Origin: Gammaproteobacteria bacterium
GTDB taxonomy: Bacteria > Pseudomonadota > Gammaproteobacteria > Steroidobacterales > Rariloculaceae
NCBI GenBank assembly: GCA_050485645.1
Contig: JBJHBT010000008.1
Coordinates: 71,289 to 135,288, forward strand
Reading direction: 5' to 3'
DNA length: 64,000 nucleotides
In this document: positions 1 through 10,272 of the stretch, piece after piece
How positions within the stretch are numbered: position 1 is the first letter of the stretch
How the letters are laid out: each line of letters opens with the position of its first letter
Notes under the pieces: model-generated
Told to the model about the DNA's origin: nothing
Seen by the model: the letters and a program-made list of their open reading frames with translations, nothing else
The model's database searches: none
Program-made: the position numbers and the translations under genes

Positions 1-1
1 C

Positions 2-802
2 AACGATCCGGACAACGATGGTTCGGAACTGGGGTATACGCTGCCGTTCGAGATCTATCGCTGCTGGGCGCACGAAGACCCGTTCTTCTGCGATCAGATC
101 ACGTTCGGTCCGCCGTCGGAACAGGAGCCGGACAATCCGCGCAGCAACATCGAGCAGTACGCGTCGATGCCATACAACGCGCAGCCGTTCTACTCGCGCG
201 GCTACGACCTCTCGGCGGCGTACAACAAGCGCCTGAGTGGGGGCGGCAGCTTCTCGGTCAGGCTGATGGGGACGCGTGCTGTTGAGCAGCGCGTGTGTCT
301 GAGCCAGGGACGTGAGGCCGGGTCCGACGAGCTGTTTTGCACGGGTTGGGCCAATGTCGCCGGGCAGACCGGTGGTGGACTGGGCAGCACCAATGTGCTG
401 TCGAACTACACACCCACGCCTATCTGGTCCGGCAATCTGTTCGGTACCTACCGCAAGGGTCCGATGTCGTTCACCGCGCAGGCACGCTTTGTCGGCGAGG
501 CACAGGGTTCGACAAACTGGGTCGGACCCGACGATCCGCGCTATCAGCCGGAAAGTCACTGGACGGTCTCGCAGAACCGCATGCCAGCCTGGACGACATG
601 GAACACCAGCGTCGGTTACAACTTCGGTCAGTCCCGTTTTGCGCCGCAGCGCTTCAGCGAACTGAACGTGTCGTTGAACATCGACAACGTGTTCGACAAG
701 CAGCCGAACTTCTGGTCCGGCGGACATGTGGCCGGTGTCAACACGCGGTTCTACAGCGGCATGGGCCGCACGTACCGCCTTGGCCTGCGCATGGGCTTCT
801 GA
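2..802 (+). CDS. TonB-dependent outer-membrane receptor, C-terminal fragment (5' end lies upstream of the window)
   Basis: Frame 2 is open from the window edge to TGA 800-802. Gly/Tyr/Asn/Ser-rich beta-barrel-like sequence ends ...GRTYRLGLRMGF, with the terminal aromatic residue typical of TonB-dependent receptors. Two hairpins follow. Confidence 0.8.
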   Translation, partial: NDPDNDGSELGYTLPFEIYRCWAHEDPFFCDQITFGPPSEQEPDNPRSNIEQYASMPYNAQPFYSRGYDLSAAYNKRLSGGGSFSVRLMGTRAVEQRVCLSQGREAGSDELFCTGWANVAGQTGGGLGSTNVLSNYTPTPIWSGNLFGTYRKGPMSFTAQARFVGEAQGSTNWVGPDDPRYQPESHWTVSQNRMPAWTTWNTSVGYNFGQSRFAPQRFSELNVSLNIDNVFDKQPNFWSGGHVAGVNTRFYSGMGRTYRLGLRMGF

Positions 803-820
803 CGGCTAGGCATGGTCATG

Positions 821-847
821 GTGCGGCCGGGGGGTCTCCGGCCGCAC
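821..847 (+). terminator. Perfect 10-bp GC-rich hairpin downstream of the receptor gene (no T-run)
   Basis: gtgcggccgg (821-830) / ggggtct loop / ccggccgcac (838-847), exact reverse complements. Confidence 0.4.
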
Positions 848-900
848 CGGATCTGAAGGCTCTCGATTGAACTTTGCCCCCAGTACTGTTTTTCGGCCTG

Positions 901-937
901 AGCCGCGCTCCCTTGTATAGGGAGCGCGGCTTTTTTC
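901..937 (+). terminator. Rho-independent terminator
   Basis: agccgcgctccc (901-912) / ttgtata / gggagcgcggct (920-931), followed directly by a T-run (ttttttct). Confidence 0.75.
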
Positions 938-1212
938 TGGCCGCTGAAGCAGGTCGAATGGCCGGGGGCATTCCGGGGAGACCGTGAACACAGGAGGCCG
1001 TGAACATCTGTCGGTGACGGGCATGGCCGATATTTTCGTCAGGAATAACAGAGATGTGCCCGCGGGCCGGGGAATGCACTGAGGAAGCTGAACGGATGCA
1101 CGACGAGAAAATTACCGGTATGCTAAATGCCGTCACGGCGGCTACATCGGGTAAAACAAGAACACTGGCAGGTGCGCGTGACGATCAGGGAGCACACAGG
1201 GGATCAGCGTAC

Positions 1213-2412
1213 ATGACGCATGTCAGCGGCCGCCACTTCTTGCAGATACCCGGCCCAACGAACATTCCCGAACGAATACTTCACGCCGTCGGCCGTCCCA
1301 CCATTGATCATCGTGGTCCGGAGTTTGCGTCGCTGGCCGCGGATGTTGCCCATGGTACGAGTGCGCTGCTGCGTACGCGCCATCCGGTGGTGTTCTATCC
1401 GTCGTCAGGCCACGGTGCCTGGGAAGCGGCGCTGGTCAATGCGCTGTCGCCTGGCGACGGCGTGGTGGTCTGTGAAACCGGATACTTCGGCTCCCTGTGG
1501 GGACGTGTCGCGGAGCGGGTCGGACTGAAGGTGCACACGATAGCGAGCGACTGGCGGCACCGTGCGGATCCGGAGCAGATTCAGTCCTGTCTGGAGGCCG
1601 ACAGCGCCGGACATATCAAAGCCGTCTGCGTGGTGCATAGTGAAACGTCCACCGGCGTCGTCACCTGCGTTGAAAGCGTCCGTCGCGCGATGGATGCAGC
1701 CCGGCATCCGGCGCTGCTGATGGTCGATACCATCTCGTCGCTGGGCTGTATGGACTACCGGATGGACGAGTGGGGCGTGGACGTGACGGTGGGCGCATCG
1801 CAGAAAGGGCTGATGCTGCCTCCCGGGCTGGCGTTCAATGCCGTGTCCGATCGGGCGCTGATGGCCAGCCGCCGTGCCAGGACGCCGCGTTCGTACTGGG
1901 ACTGGCAGCACATGCTGGCCGGATCACGGCACGGGGACTTTCCCTATACGCCGGCCACCAATCTGATGTTCGGTTTGCGTGAAGCATTGGCGATGCTGAA
2001 TGAAGAGGGGCTGGACGCGGTTTTTTCAAGACATGACCGTCATGCGGCGGCAACGAGGATCGCGGTGGAGGCCTGGGGGCTCGACGTCTGGTGCGGGGAC
2101 CCGCTGGCGCACAGCTCGTCGGTGACCGCGGTCGGCACGCCACCGGGTTGCGACGCGGATGAACTTCGCGACATCATATTGAAACGGTATGACATGTCCC
2201 TGGGCTCGGGCCTTGGGCCGACGGCCGGGAGGCTGTTCCGTGTCGGACACCTTGGCAGCTGCAATGACCTGATGCTCGCCGGTGCCCTGGCCGGCGTGGA
2301 AATGGGGCTGCGGCTGGCAGGCGTTGCGCATCGTGCCGGCGGCGTTCAGGCTGCGCTGGACTACATGACCGACTGCGCGGCGCCAACCCGCCGGCAGGTG
2401 GTGATCGGGTAG
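1213..2412 (+). CDS. Class-V aminotransferase (alanine/serine-glyoxylate or serine-pyruvate aminotransferase family)
   Basis: ORF 1054-2412. ATG 1213 (AGGGGA about 9 nt upstream) gives MTHVSGRHFLQIPGPTNIPERIL..., the conserved N-terminus of AGXT-type enzymes. PLP-lysine context is GASQKGLMLPPG. Confidence 0.85.
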   Translation: MTHVSGRHFLQIPGPTNIPERILHAVGRPTIDHRGPEFASLAADVAHGTSALLRTRHPVVFYPSSGHGAWEAALVNALSPGDGVVVCETGYFGSLWGRVAERVGLKVHTIASDWRHRADPEQIQSCLEADSAGHIKAVCVVHSETSTGVVTCVESVRRAMDAARHPALLMVDTISSLGCMDYRMDEWGVDVTVGASQKGLMLPPGLAFNAVSDRALMASRRARTPRSYWDWQHMLAGSRHGDFPYTPATNLMFGLREALAMLNEEGLDAVFSRHDRHAAATRIAVEAWGLDVWCGDPLAHSSSVTAVGTPPGCDADELRDIILKRYDMSLGSGLGPTAGRLFRVGHLGSCNDLMLAGALAGVEMGLRLAGVAHRAGGVQAALDYMTDCAAPTRRQVVIG

Positions 2413-2497
2413 GTCGGAGCAGGGGGGCGGCGGCGAAGCGCCGGAAACAAGCGATTTTTGTTAAATCGAGCCGTTTGCGCGAGAAACAGCGTCAGAT

Positions 2498-2507
2498 TTG
2501 TATACAA
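2498..2507. promoter_or_regulatory. Perfect 10-bp palindrome TTGTATACAA, candidate GntR/FadR-type operator
   Basis: AT-rich perfect palindrome in an otherwise GC-rich 219-bp intergenic region, about 125 nt upstream of the GntR-family gene. It fits the T-GT-N-AC-A style half-sites known for this family. Confidence 0.4.
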
Positions 2508-2631
2508 TGAATCCTTCGTGCCGGTGTGCGGGCCGAGGTCGGCTCGCCATTGAATACCACAACCCTGCGTGGATGTCGGGTTGGTACCGGTCGGGTGCCT
2601 GTACAGCCAGAGGCTGAGGGAGTGAGCTGAC

Positions 2632-3330
2632 GTGTCGTCTTTGCCCGTAGTTGACGTACTCAATCGCAGTCTGCTGCATACCCAGGTCGCCGATCGGTTG
2701 CGCGACCTCATCGTCACCGGCGAACTGGAGCCTGGCGCCCGCCTCAACGAAAGGCTGCTGTGCGAACGCTTCAATATATCCCGGACCCCGCTGCGTGAAG
2801 CTCTGAAAATACTCTCTGCGGAAGGGCTGATCACGCTGCTCCCGAACCGTGGCGCCGTGGTGACCAAGCTCACCATGGAAGAAGCGGAAGACATGTTTCA
2901 GGTGATGGCCGTTCTCGAAGGGCTGGCGGGTGAGCTCGCCGGCAAGCGTGCCACGGATGCGGATATCAGAAAGATACGCGCGCTGCATGACGACATGCAG
3001 TCACATTTCGAGAAGGGAAAGCTGAAGCAGTACTTTGCGGCCAACCAGAAGATTCACCAGTGCATCGTTGATGCGGCACGCAATACGGAACTCACGAATC
3101 TCTACGGCAAGCTGTCCGTACGTCTGCGGCGCGCCCGGTTCGTTGCGAATATTTCGCGCGAACGCTGGCAGCACGCGATGCAGGAGCACGAGGAAATCAT
3201 GGCCGCGCTTGAGCAGCGTGACAGCGATAAACTCAAAGCCATTCTTCGCGCGCATCTCGAGAACAAGTTCGATGCCATTCGAACGAGTGTCGCCGCGAAG
3301 GATGACCCGGACGCAGGGCGAAATATCTGA
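2632..3330 (+). CDS. GntR-family transcriptional regulator (FadR/FCD subfamily)
   Basis: GTG start with a GAGGGAG SD. Winged-HTH segment ERLLCERFNISRTPLREALKILSAEGLITLLPNRGAVV, plus an all-helical FCD-like C-terminal domain. Confidence 0.9.
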   Translation: MSSLPVVDVLNRSLLHTQVADRLRDLIVTGELEPGARLNERLLCERFNISRTPLREALKILSAEGLITLLPNRGAVVTKLTMEEAEDMFQVMAVLEGLAGELAGKRATDADIRKIRALHDDMQSHFEKGKLKQYFAANQKIHQCIVDAARNTELTNLYGKLSVRLRRARFVANISRERWQHAMQEHEEIMAALEQRDSDKLKAILRAHLENKFDAIRTSVAAKDDPDAGRNI

Positions 3331-3480
3331 TCGATGGTGTGCGGCATCCTGGCGTGATGCCGGCAAAGTCAGCGTTCGGCACAGCCGCGCCCGCTGTCCG
3401 ATCAAAGAGGCGTTCATCTTCCGGCTTTTCGTGCATCCGTCACGGCAGGCTTTCCCCTTCCTGATGATTGCGGTCCAGAC

Positions 3481-6414
3481 GTGAGCACGCTCGCCGACCG
3501 GTTGAAGCAGTCCCTGCGTGGCGATGTGCTGTTCGACGCCTGGTCGCGCGGACGCTACGCCACCGATGCTTCCATCTATCAGATCGACCCGATTGGCGTT
3601 GTCGTGCCGCGCGACGACGACGATGCGCTTACGGCCCTGGAGATCGCCGCGGAGTGCGGCGTTCCCGTCCTGCCGCGAGGCGCAGGGAGTTCGCAGTGCG
3701 GGCAGACCGTCGGCGAGGCGCTGGTGGTGGATGTCAGCCGTCATCTGTGTGGCATCCACGAACTGGATACGGAAGCACGCACGGTGTGGGTCGAGCCCGG
3801 TGTCGTGCTCGATCAGCTCAACGCCGCACTCAGGCCGCACGGCCTGTGGTTTCCCGTTGATGTCTCGACTTCCGCGCAGGCGACCCTGGGCGGGATGGCG
3901 GGCAACAACAGTTGCGGTGCACGCTCGCTGCGCTACGGGAATATGGTGCACAACGTGTTCGCGATCGACGTCTGGCTGAGCGGCGGCGAACGCCTGAGAT
4001 TCGCGCCAGTTGAACAGCGCGATGCCGGTATCGGCGAACCGCGCCGCTATCGCGAGCTCGTGGCGTTCGTGCGCAATCAGTATCGTCTCGAACACGACGA
4101 GATCGTGGCGAAGGTGCCTGCCGTACAGAGGCGGGTGGCCGGTTACAACCTGGACATGGTGTCCGAAGGTGCGTTCAACATGGCGCATCTGCTGGTCGGA
4201 TCCGAAGGCACGCTCGCGTATTCGCGGCGAATCGGCCTGCAGCTGGCGCCGCTGCCCGAGCATGTCGTGCTGGGCGTGGTGCATTTCCCCCGCTTTCAGC
4301 TGGCGATGGAAGCAGCAGGGCCTATTGTGACGCTTGCGCCGGATGCCGTGGAGCTCGTCGACCGCACCATGATCGAGCTGTCTCGGCGTATCGACGCATT
4401 CCGGTCCGTGGTGGACGCGGCTATACCCGGCGATCCGGACGCCGTACTGCTGGTGGAATTCAGTGGCACCGATGCGCGGCAGCTGGACCGGAAGCTGCGC
4501 GACCTGGCCACGCTGATGGCGGATCTCGGCCTGCCCGGCAGTGTGGTTGCCATACCCGACAGATCACGACAGAAGGCAGTCTGGGAGTTCCGCAAGGCCG
4601 GGCTCAATATCATGATGTCGATGAAGGGCGATGGTAAGCCCGTGTCCTTTATCGAGGACTGCGCCGTACCGCTGCAGCACCTGCCCGAGTACACCGCCCG
4701 GTTGATGGAAATCTTCGCGCGACACGGCACGCGCGGCACATTCTATGCCCACGCCTCGGTGGGCTGTCTGCATGTGCGGCCAGTGCTGGACATGCGCGAG
4801 TCAGAAGACGTCTCACGAATGCGCTCCATCGCGGAGCAGGTCTGCGCTCTGGTCCGGGAGCTGAAAGGGTCTTACTCCGGAGAGCACGGCGATGGTCTCG
4901 TCCGTTCGGAATGGATAGCGCCGATGTATGGTGCCAGGCTCGCCGACGCCTTCGCGAGGATCAAGCGCGCATTCGACCCGCACGGCCTCATGAACCCCGG
5001 CAAGATCGTCGCGGCCCCGAAGATGGACGAGCGGTTGCTGTTCCGCTATCGCCCCGGTTACGCCACGATTCCACTGGCTCCCGCACTGGACTGGTCGGAG
5101 CACGAAGTGGGTGAGCGCAATGTCGGCAGGGGCTTCGCCGCTGCGGTCGAGATGTGCAACAACAATGGTTACTGTCGAAAGATCGATGCCGGGACGCTTT
5201 GTCCTTCGTACCAGGTGACGCGTGACGAGCGTGACGTCACACGCGGAAGGGCGAATTCCCTGCGTCTGGCACTGTCCGGACAGCTGGGCGACGATGCGAT
5301 CACATCAGAGGAAATGCATCGCACGATGGCGCTGTGCGTGTCCTGCAAGGCGTGCAGGCGCGAGTGTCCCACGGGTGTTGACATGGCCAGAATGAAGATC
5401 GAGTTCCTGCATCACTTCCATGAACACCATCCCCGGACACGCTTCGATCGACTCGTGGCCCAACTTCCGTTTTATGCGCCGGTGGCGGCCCGGTTCGCAC
5501 CGATTGTCAATCTGCGCAACCGCGTGCCCGGCTTGCGGTGGCTGACCGGACAGCTGCTGGGTATTGCACCCCAACGTTCGCTGCCGGCATTCCGGCGCGA
5601 CTGGTTTCGTGGCGCCGATGAAGTCGACCCCGCGGAAACCGCACAGGGCTGCTCGGATCGTGAGGTGCTGTTGATGCCCGACACGTTCAATCGCTACTTC
5701 GAGCCGGAGAACCTGCGAGCGGCGGTTCGCGTGTTGTCCGCGTCGGGTTATCGGATACGGGTCGTGGCGTCCGATGACGGCAGCCCCGTGTGTTGTGGCA
5801 GGACGCTGCTGGCGGCCGGGATGGTTGATGAGGCGCGCGCGGCGGCCGGCAGACTGATTGCCGTCACACGCAGCGCCATCGCCCGCGGACTGCCTCTGGT
5901 AGGCCTCGAGCCGGCCTGTGTGCTGGGGCTGCGCGATGAGTACCGGGCGCTGCTCCCCGGCGGCGATACCGAGGCGCTGGCAGGCGCCGCACTGACTTTT
6001 GGCGAGTTCGTGCAGCGCGAACGTAAAGCCGGGCGATTTTTGCATGATCTGTCCGGCTACACCGGGCCGCGGCGGGCGGTGCTGCATGGCCACTGTCACG
6101 AAAAGTCGTTCGGTGTGGCGGGTGCGGTTGCCGATGCTCTGGCAGTGATACCGGGCATGCAGGTGGATACCATCGCTTCCGGTTGCTGCGGAATGGCGGG
6201 TGGATTCGGATACGACCGACGCTACTTCGATGTGTCGATGCGCATGGGCGAGAACACGCTGCTGCCGGCGGTGCGTGGCGCGGATGCCCGGACCCTGATC
6301 GTGGCAGATGGTACGAGCTGTCGGCAGCAGATTCGCGATGGCACCGGCCGCAATGCCCGACACAGCGCAACCGTGCTGGCAGACGCCATTGCTCCTCGGC
6401 CGCGATCCGGCTGA
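3481..6414 (+). CDS. FAD-binding and Fe-S-binding oxidoreductase, YdiJ/D-2-hydroxyacid dehydrogenase-like (977 aa)
   Basis: N-terminal FAD_binding_4-type region (VVVPRDDDD...PVLPRGAGSS). Central ferredoxin-type motifs (CNNNGYCRK...CP and CVSCKACRRECP). C-terminal Cys-rich CCG-like repeats (CCGR..., CCGMAGGFG). Confidence 0.85.
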   Translation: MSTLADRLKQSLRGDVLFDAWSRGRYATDASIYQIDPIGVVVPRDDDDALTALEIAAECGVPVLPRGAGSSQCGQTVGEALVVDVSRHLCGIHELDTEARTVWVEPGVVLDQLNAALRPHGLWFPVDVSTSAQATLGGMAGNNSCGARSLRYGNMVHNVFAIDVWLSGGERLRFAPVEQRDAGIGEPRRYRELVAFVRNQYRLEHDEIVAKVPAVQRRVAGYNLDMVSEGAFNMAHLLVGSEGTLAYSRRIGLQLAPLPEHVVLGVVHFPRFQLAMEAAGPIVTLAPDAVELVDRTMIELSRRIDAFRSVVDAAIPGDPDAVLLVEFSGTDARQLDRKLRDLATLMADLGLPGSVVAIPDRSRQKAVWEFRKAGLNIMMSMKGDGKPVSFIEDCAVPLQHLPEYTARLMEIFARHGTRGTFYAHASVGCLHVRPVLDMRESEDVSRMRSIAEQVCALVRELKGSYSGEHGDGLVRSEWIAPMYGARLADAFARIKRAFDPHGLMNPGKIVAAPKMDERLLFRYRPGYATIPLAPALDWSEHEVGERNVGRGFAAAVEMCNNNGYCRKIDAGTLCPSYQVTRDERDVTRGRANSLRLALSGQLGDDAITSEEMHRTMALCVSCKACRRECPTGVDMARMKIEFLHHFHEHHPRTRFDRLVAQLPFYAPVAARFAPIVNLRNRVPGLRWLTGQLLGIAPQRSLPAFRRDWFRGADEVDPAETAQGCSDREVLLMPDTFNRYFEPENLRAAVRVLSASGYRIRVVASDDGSPVCCGRTLLAAGMVDEARAAAGRLIAVTRSAIARGLPLVGLEPACVLGLRDEYRALLPGGDTEALAGAALTFGEFVQRERKAGRFLHDLSGYTGPRRAVLHGHCHEKSFGVAGAVADALAVIPGMQVDTIASGCCGMAGGFGYDRRYFDVSMRMGENTLLPAVRGADARTLIVADGTSCRQQIRDGTGRNARHSATVLADAIAPRPRSG

Positions 6415-6449
6415 CCGGCGGGGCCGGGCTGGCGGCCGATGATAGACTC

Positions 6450-7403
6450 ATGGCCATGGTGTCCATTGCCTCCATCAGGGATCGTGCCCGTGCGCTGACG
6501 CCGGGCCCTGTTCGTTACTGGCTGGGCATTTTCGTCGCCGCCGGACGCAACTGGCTGCGCAGCCAGGCGTTCATCTACGCTGCCGCACTCGCCTTTTTTA
6601 CCGTGTTCTCGATCGCACCGGTGATGATCGTCGCCGTGGCGATTGTCGGGCTGGTGCTTGGCGGGCGCGCTGCCACCGGCGAACTCATGGAACAGCTCGA
6701 GGCGGTGCTCGGACCCGACGCGGCTTCGTTCGTCGAAACGGCAGTGGTCAATTCGCAGATCGACGGTGGCGGTCTGTGGGCGACCGTGCTGGGGCTTGCA
6801 GCGATCGTGGTCGGTGCAACAACCGTCTTCGCACAGATGCAGAACTCGCTGAACGCGATCTGGGACGTTGCCGCACGGCCATCGCGCAGTGGCCTGTGGA
6901 TTTTCCTCAGGGCGCGCGTGCTCTCCCTCACGATCGTGCTGGCAATCGGTTTCGTGATGCTGGTCTCCCTGCTGGTGAGTGTGGCGCTGCGGGCTGCAAT
7001 GGCGTTCGCCGATCAGTGGCTGCCGGCGCCGCCGTGGGTGCTGGTTGGCGTCGAAATCATCGCGTCGCTCACGCTGATTTCCATGTTGTTCGCCGCGATA
7101 TTCAGGATTCTGCCTGACGTGATCCTGTCATGGCGCGATGTGCTGGTCGGGGCGTTGATCACTGCGCTGCTGTTTACCGCCGGCCGGTCGCTGATCGCAA
7201 TGTATCTGGCCAACACCGCCACGACATCAACCTACGGTGCAGCCGGGTCGCTGGTGCTGTTGCTGCTGTGGGTGAATTACTCGTCGCTGATTCTGCTGTA
7301 CGGCGCTGCCGTGACGCGAGCGCACCTGGAGGCGCGCGGCCGGCCGATACGCCCGCGCAGCACCGCGGTCTGCGTTCACCACGAGCTGATCGAGGAAACA
7401 TGA
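6450..7403 (+). CDS. YihY/BrkB-family inner-membrane protein
   Basis: ORF 6183-7403 trimmed to ATG 6450, because upstream of it the ORF overlaps the preceding gene. Multiple hydrophobic helices, and the motif region LNAIWDV...RSGLWIFLRARVLSL typical of YihY-family proteins. Confidence 0.8.
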   Translation: MAMVSIASIRDRARALTPGPVRYWLGIFVAAGRNWLRSQAFIYAAALAFFTVFSIAPVMIVAVAIVGLVLGGRAATGELMEQLEAVLGPDAASFVETAVVNSQIDGGGLWATVLGLAAIVVGATTVFAQMQNSLNAIWDVAARPSRSGLWIFLRARVLSLTIVLAIGFVMLVSLLVSVALRAAMAFADQWLPAPPWVLVGVEIIASLTLISMLFAAIFRILPDVILSWRDVLVGALITALLFTAGRSLIAMYLANTATTSTYGAAGSLVLLLLWVNYSSLILLYGAAVTRAHLEARGRPIRPRSTAVCVHHELIEET

Positions 7404-7495
7404 CGAGGGATTGAGGAAGACTATCCAGTCACCGCAATTATCGATTCCTGCATGTACTCTGAGTCGGATACTGAGACAGGACTCTCATAAGGACC

Positions 7496-10201
7496 GTGCA
7501 GGCGAACGTTATCATCGGCCGTGCCCCCGGGGGTGGGGGGAGTAGCCTGATGACCAATGCATTACAGGAAGCCGGCTTTGCCGTGACGGCCGAAGCCGAT
7601 GGTCCCCTGCACGCGCTGAACGAGAGCGAACAGCGTCTGCAGTGCGTGATCGAGCTGTCCGCGGACTACTACTGGGAGCAGGACGCGGAATTCCGATTCT
7701 CACTGTTGCGTCATCGGTTGCCCGCTGCGCTGGAGAAAGCGCCGCACATGGTCCTGGGTAAGACCCGCTGGGAGCTGGGCGGCAGGCCGATCACGGGGAG
7801 CTGGGAACAGCACAGGGCTACGCTGCGCGCCCACAGCCCATTCAATGACTTTGTCGTTCAGCGCTGTGATTTCGACGGCCGTGATCGCTATCTGAGCATC
7901 AGCGGCCAGCCGGTCTTCGATGCCGACGGCCGGTTCGCCGGCTATCGTGGTATTGCCAAGGATGTGACGGCGCAGAAGCGCGATGAGCGCCTTCTCAGGC
8001 TGGAGGCGACCCTGACAAGCCTGCTGGCCGACGCCGAAGACCCTGTCGACACGATCCAGCGTGCGATTCGCGAGATTTGCGAGTCGGAAAACTGGGATTG
8101 CGGCCGCTACTGGAAGGTCGACGAGCGCAGTCGCGTAATGCGTCCGCATGGCGGATGGTGTATCGCCAGCCCGAAGATTCGACGGATTTTCGAACGGGCC
8201 TGGGACATGAGCGTGAAACCCGGTTCAGGCCTGATCGGCACGGTGTGGGAAAGCGGCGAACCACTATGGTGTGAAGATCTGAGCCGGGAGCCGCGGGTTC
8301 TGCGTGCCGACGTTGCCAGCCAGAAGGGCTGGTGTGCCTTTCTGTTTCCGGTTGCCGTGCAGTCCAGACTCGTGGGTGTACTGGATTTCAACGGCCGCAA
8401 CATCCCCGAACCGGACGAGCGACTGGTTCAGCTGATGCGTGTGCTTGCCACGGGGATCGGCAATCTGCAGCAGCGTGCAGATGCGCTTGAACAGTTGCGT
8501 GACAGTGAGGAACGCTACGCAAGTACCGTGGAGCTTGCGGCCGTGGGAATCAGCCATGTGGCAACAGACGGCAGATTCGTTCACGTCAACCAGAAGCTTT
8601 GCGACATGCTCGGCTACAGCCGTGACGAGCTGCTCGCACTGACAGTCAGACACATATCCCATCCCGATGACACCGCTGCCACCGATGAAGGCCGGGCCCG
8701 CCTGCGTTCCGGGGACATCGGTTCTTTCAAGGCCGAAAAACGCTATCTGCGCAAGGATGGCCTGGCGATCTGGGTGAGAATAACCATCGCGCTGAAGCGT
8801 TCCGCCAGCGGAGAGCCCCAGTACGACATTTCGATCGTCGAAGACATCTCGGAACGCAAGCGCGCTGAAGAACGGATTCAGTATCTTGCCACGCATGATG
8901 AGATGACGGGTCTTCCGAACCGGTCGATGTTCAGTCAGCTGCTCGCGCACGCGATCGATTCGGCCAGGCGGAACGATACGTGTCTTGCCGTGCTGTTCAT
9001 CGATCTTGATCGGTTCAAGGTCATCAACGACTCGCTTGGTCATGAGGCGGGTGATCAGCTGCTGACGGAAATGGCGGTGCGCCTCAGGAGCTGCCTCAGG
9101 GGCAATGACGTGATTGCCCGATTGGGCGGTGATGAGTTCGTCGTGCTGTCGGAGGGTACACGCAGGCACGAAGACGCCGAGCATGTCGCACGCAAGCTGC
9201 TCTCCGCAGCCATTCAGCCGGTGCACATCGCGGGCCAGGAGTGTCGTGTCACGGCAAGCATCGGCATTGCGCAGTTCCCGGCGGACGCCGACGATGCCCA
9301 ATCGCTGATGAAAAACGCCGACATGGCCATGTATCTGGCCAAGGAAGAGGGCAAGAACAACTTCCAGTTCTATACGCGGACGGCCAGCGCACTGTCGATC
9401 GGACGGCTGAGGCTGGAGAGCAATCTGCGTCGTGCAATGGAGCGCGAGGAATTCACCCTGCACTACCAGGCGAGAATGGACTTTCGAACCGGCGCCGTAT
9501 GCGGCGCAGAGGCACTGATCCGCTGGTGGAACAGGGATCTCGGATCGGTGCCGCCCGCGCAGTTCATACCGGTGGCGGAGGAATCCGGGCTGATCGTACC
9601 GATCGGACGCTGGGTGCTGGAAGCGGCATGTCAGCAGAGCGTTGCGTGGCAGCGGCAGGGCCTGCCGCCGGTACAGATCGGCGTGAACCTGTCGCTGCGT
9701 CAGTTCCGTGATGCGAGCCTGCTCGATGACATCGCCGATGTACTGCAGCGGACCGGGCTCCAACCGGATCTGCTGGAACTGGAGATTACCGAAGGCGTGA
9801 TACTGCATGATGCCGAAAGCGTAATCGGCAAGCTGCGCGCGATCCGCCAGATGGGTGTAAGGCTGGCCATCGACGACTTCGGCACCGGCTATTCCTCGCT
9901 TGCCCAGCTGAAAAACTTTCCGATCAACACCCTCAAGATAGACCGTTCCTTCATTCGCGAAATCCCGCACGACAACGAAGACAAGGCGATCACCGAGGCC
10001 ATCGTGGCGATGGCGCGCACGCTGGGCGTTGGTGTCGTTGCCGAGGGCGTGGAGAATGAACAGCAGGAGCTCTTCCTGCGCCATCTGGGCTGCGACGAGA
10101 TGCAGGGCTACTATTTCAGCAAACCCTGCTCTGCCGGCAAGTTCGCCAGCCTGCTGCGGCGTGGCGGAACCCCGGCGCTGATTGCAGAATCGACCCGCTG
10201 A
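7496..10201 (+). CDS. Sensory c-di-GMP turnover protein, PAS-GAF-PAS-GGDEF-EAL
   Basis: RLGGDEFVVL (GGDEF), EALIRW, DDFGTGYSSL and QGYYFSKP (EAL) motifs are all present. PAS-like and GAF-like segments lie upstream. Start is either GTG 7496 or ATG 7550. Confidence 0.9.
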   Translation: MQANVIIGRAPGGGGSSLMTNALQEAGFAVTAEADGPLHALNESEQRLQCVIELSADYYWEQDAEFRFSLLRHRLPAALEKAPHMVLGKTRWELGGRPITGSWEQHRATLRAHSPFNDFVVQRCDFDGRDRYLSISGQPVFDADGRFAGYRGIAKDVTAQKRDERLLRLEATLTSLLADAEDPVDTIQRAIREICESENWDCGRYWKVDERSRVMRPHGGWCIASPKIRRIFERAWDMSVKPGSGLIGTVWESGEPLWCEDLSREPRVLRADVASQKGWCAFLFPVAVQSRLVGVLDFNGRNIPEPDERLVQLMRVLATGIGNLQQRADALEQLRDSEERYASTVELAAVGISHVATDGRFVHVNQKLCDMLGYSRDELLALTVRHISHPDDTAATDEGRARLRSGDIGSFKAEKRYLRKDGLAIWVRITIALKRSASGEPQYDISIVEDISERKRAEERIQYLATHDEMTGLPNRSMFSQLLAHAIDSARRNDTCLAVLFIDLDRFKVINDSLGHEAGDQLLTEMAVRLRSCLRGNDVIARLGGDEFVVLSEGTRRHEDAEHVARKLLSAAIQPVHIAGQECRVTASIGIAQFPADADDAQSLMKNADMAMYLAKEEGKNNFQFYTRTASALSIGRLRLESNLRRAMEREEFTLHYQARMDFRTGAVCGAEALIRWWNRDLGSVPPAQFIPVAEESGLIVPIGRWVLEAACQQSVAWQRQGLPPVQIGVNLSLRQFRDASLLDDIADVLQRTGLQPDLLELEITEGVILHDAESVIGKLRAIRQMGVRLAIDDFGTGYSSLAQLKNFPINTLKIDRSFIREIPHDNEDKAITEAIVAMARTLGVGVVAEGVENEQQELFLRHLGCDEMQGYYFSKPCSAGKFASLLRRGGTPALIAESTR

Positions 10202-10272
10202 GGCGTCGCGCGCTCTATAATCGCGCCTGCCCGGGCGTTTCCTGACCCGTGCGCTCGACGGACCCCGGTGCC

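Noticed and set aside
10216-10221. Perfect TATAAT hexamer upstream of lepA as a called promoter. A similar TATAAT lies at 21535-21540, upstream of the FAD oxidoreductase.
   Set aside because: No acceptable -35 element at 16-18 bp spacing in either case. They are plausible -10 boxes but not supportable as promoter calls without transcript data.
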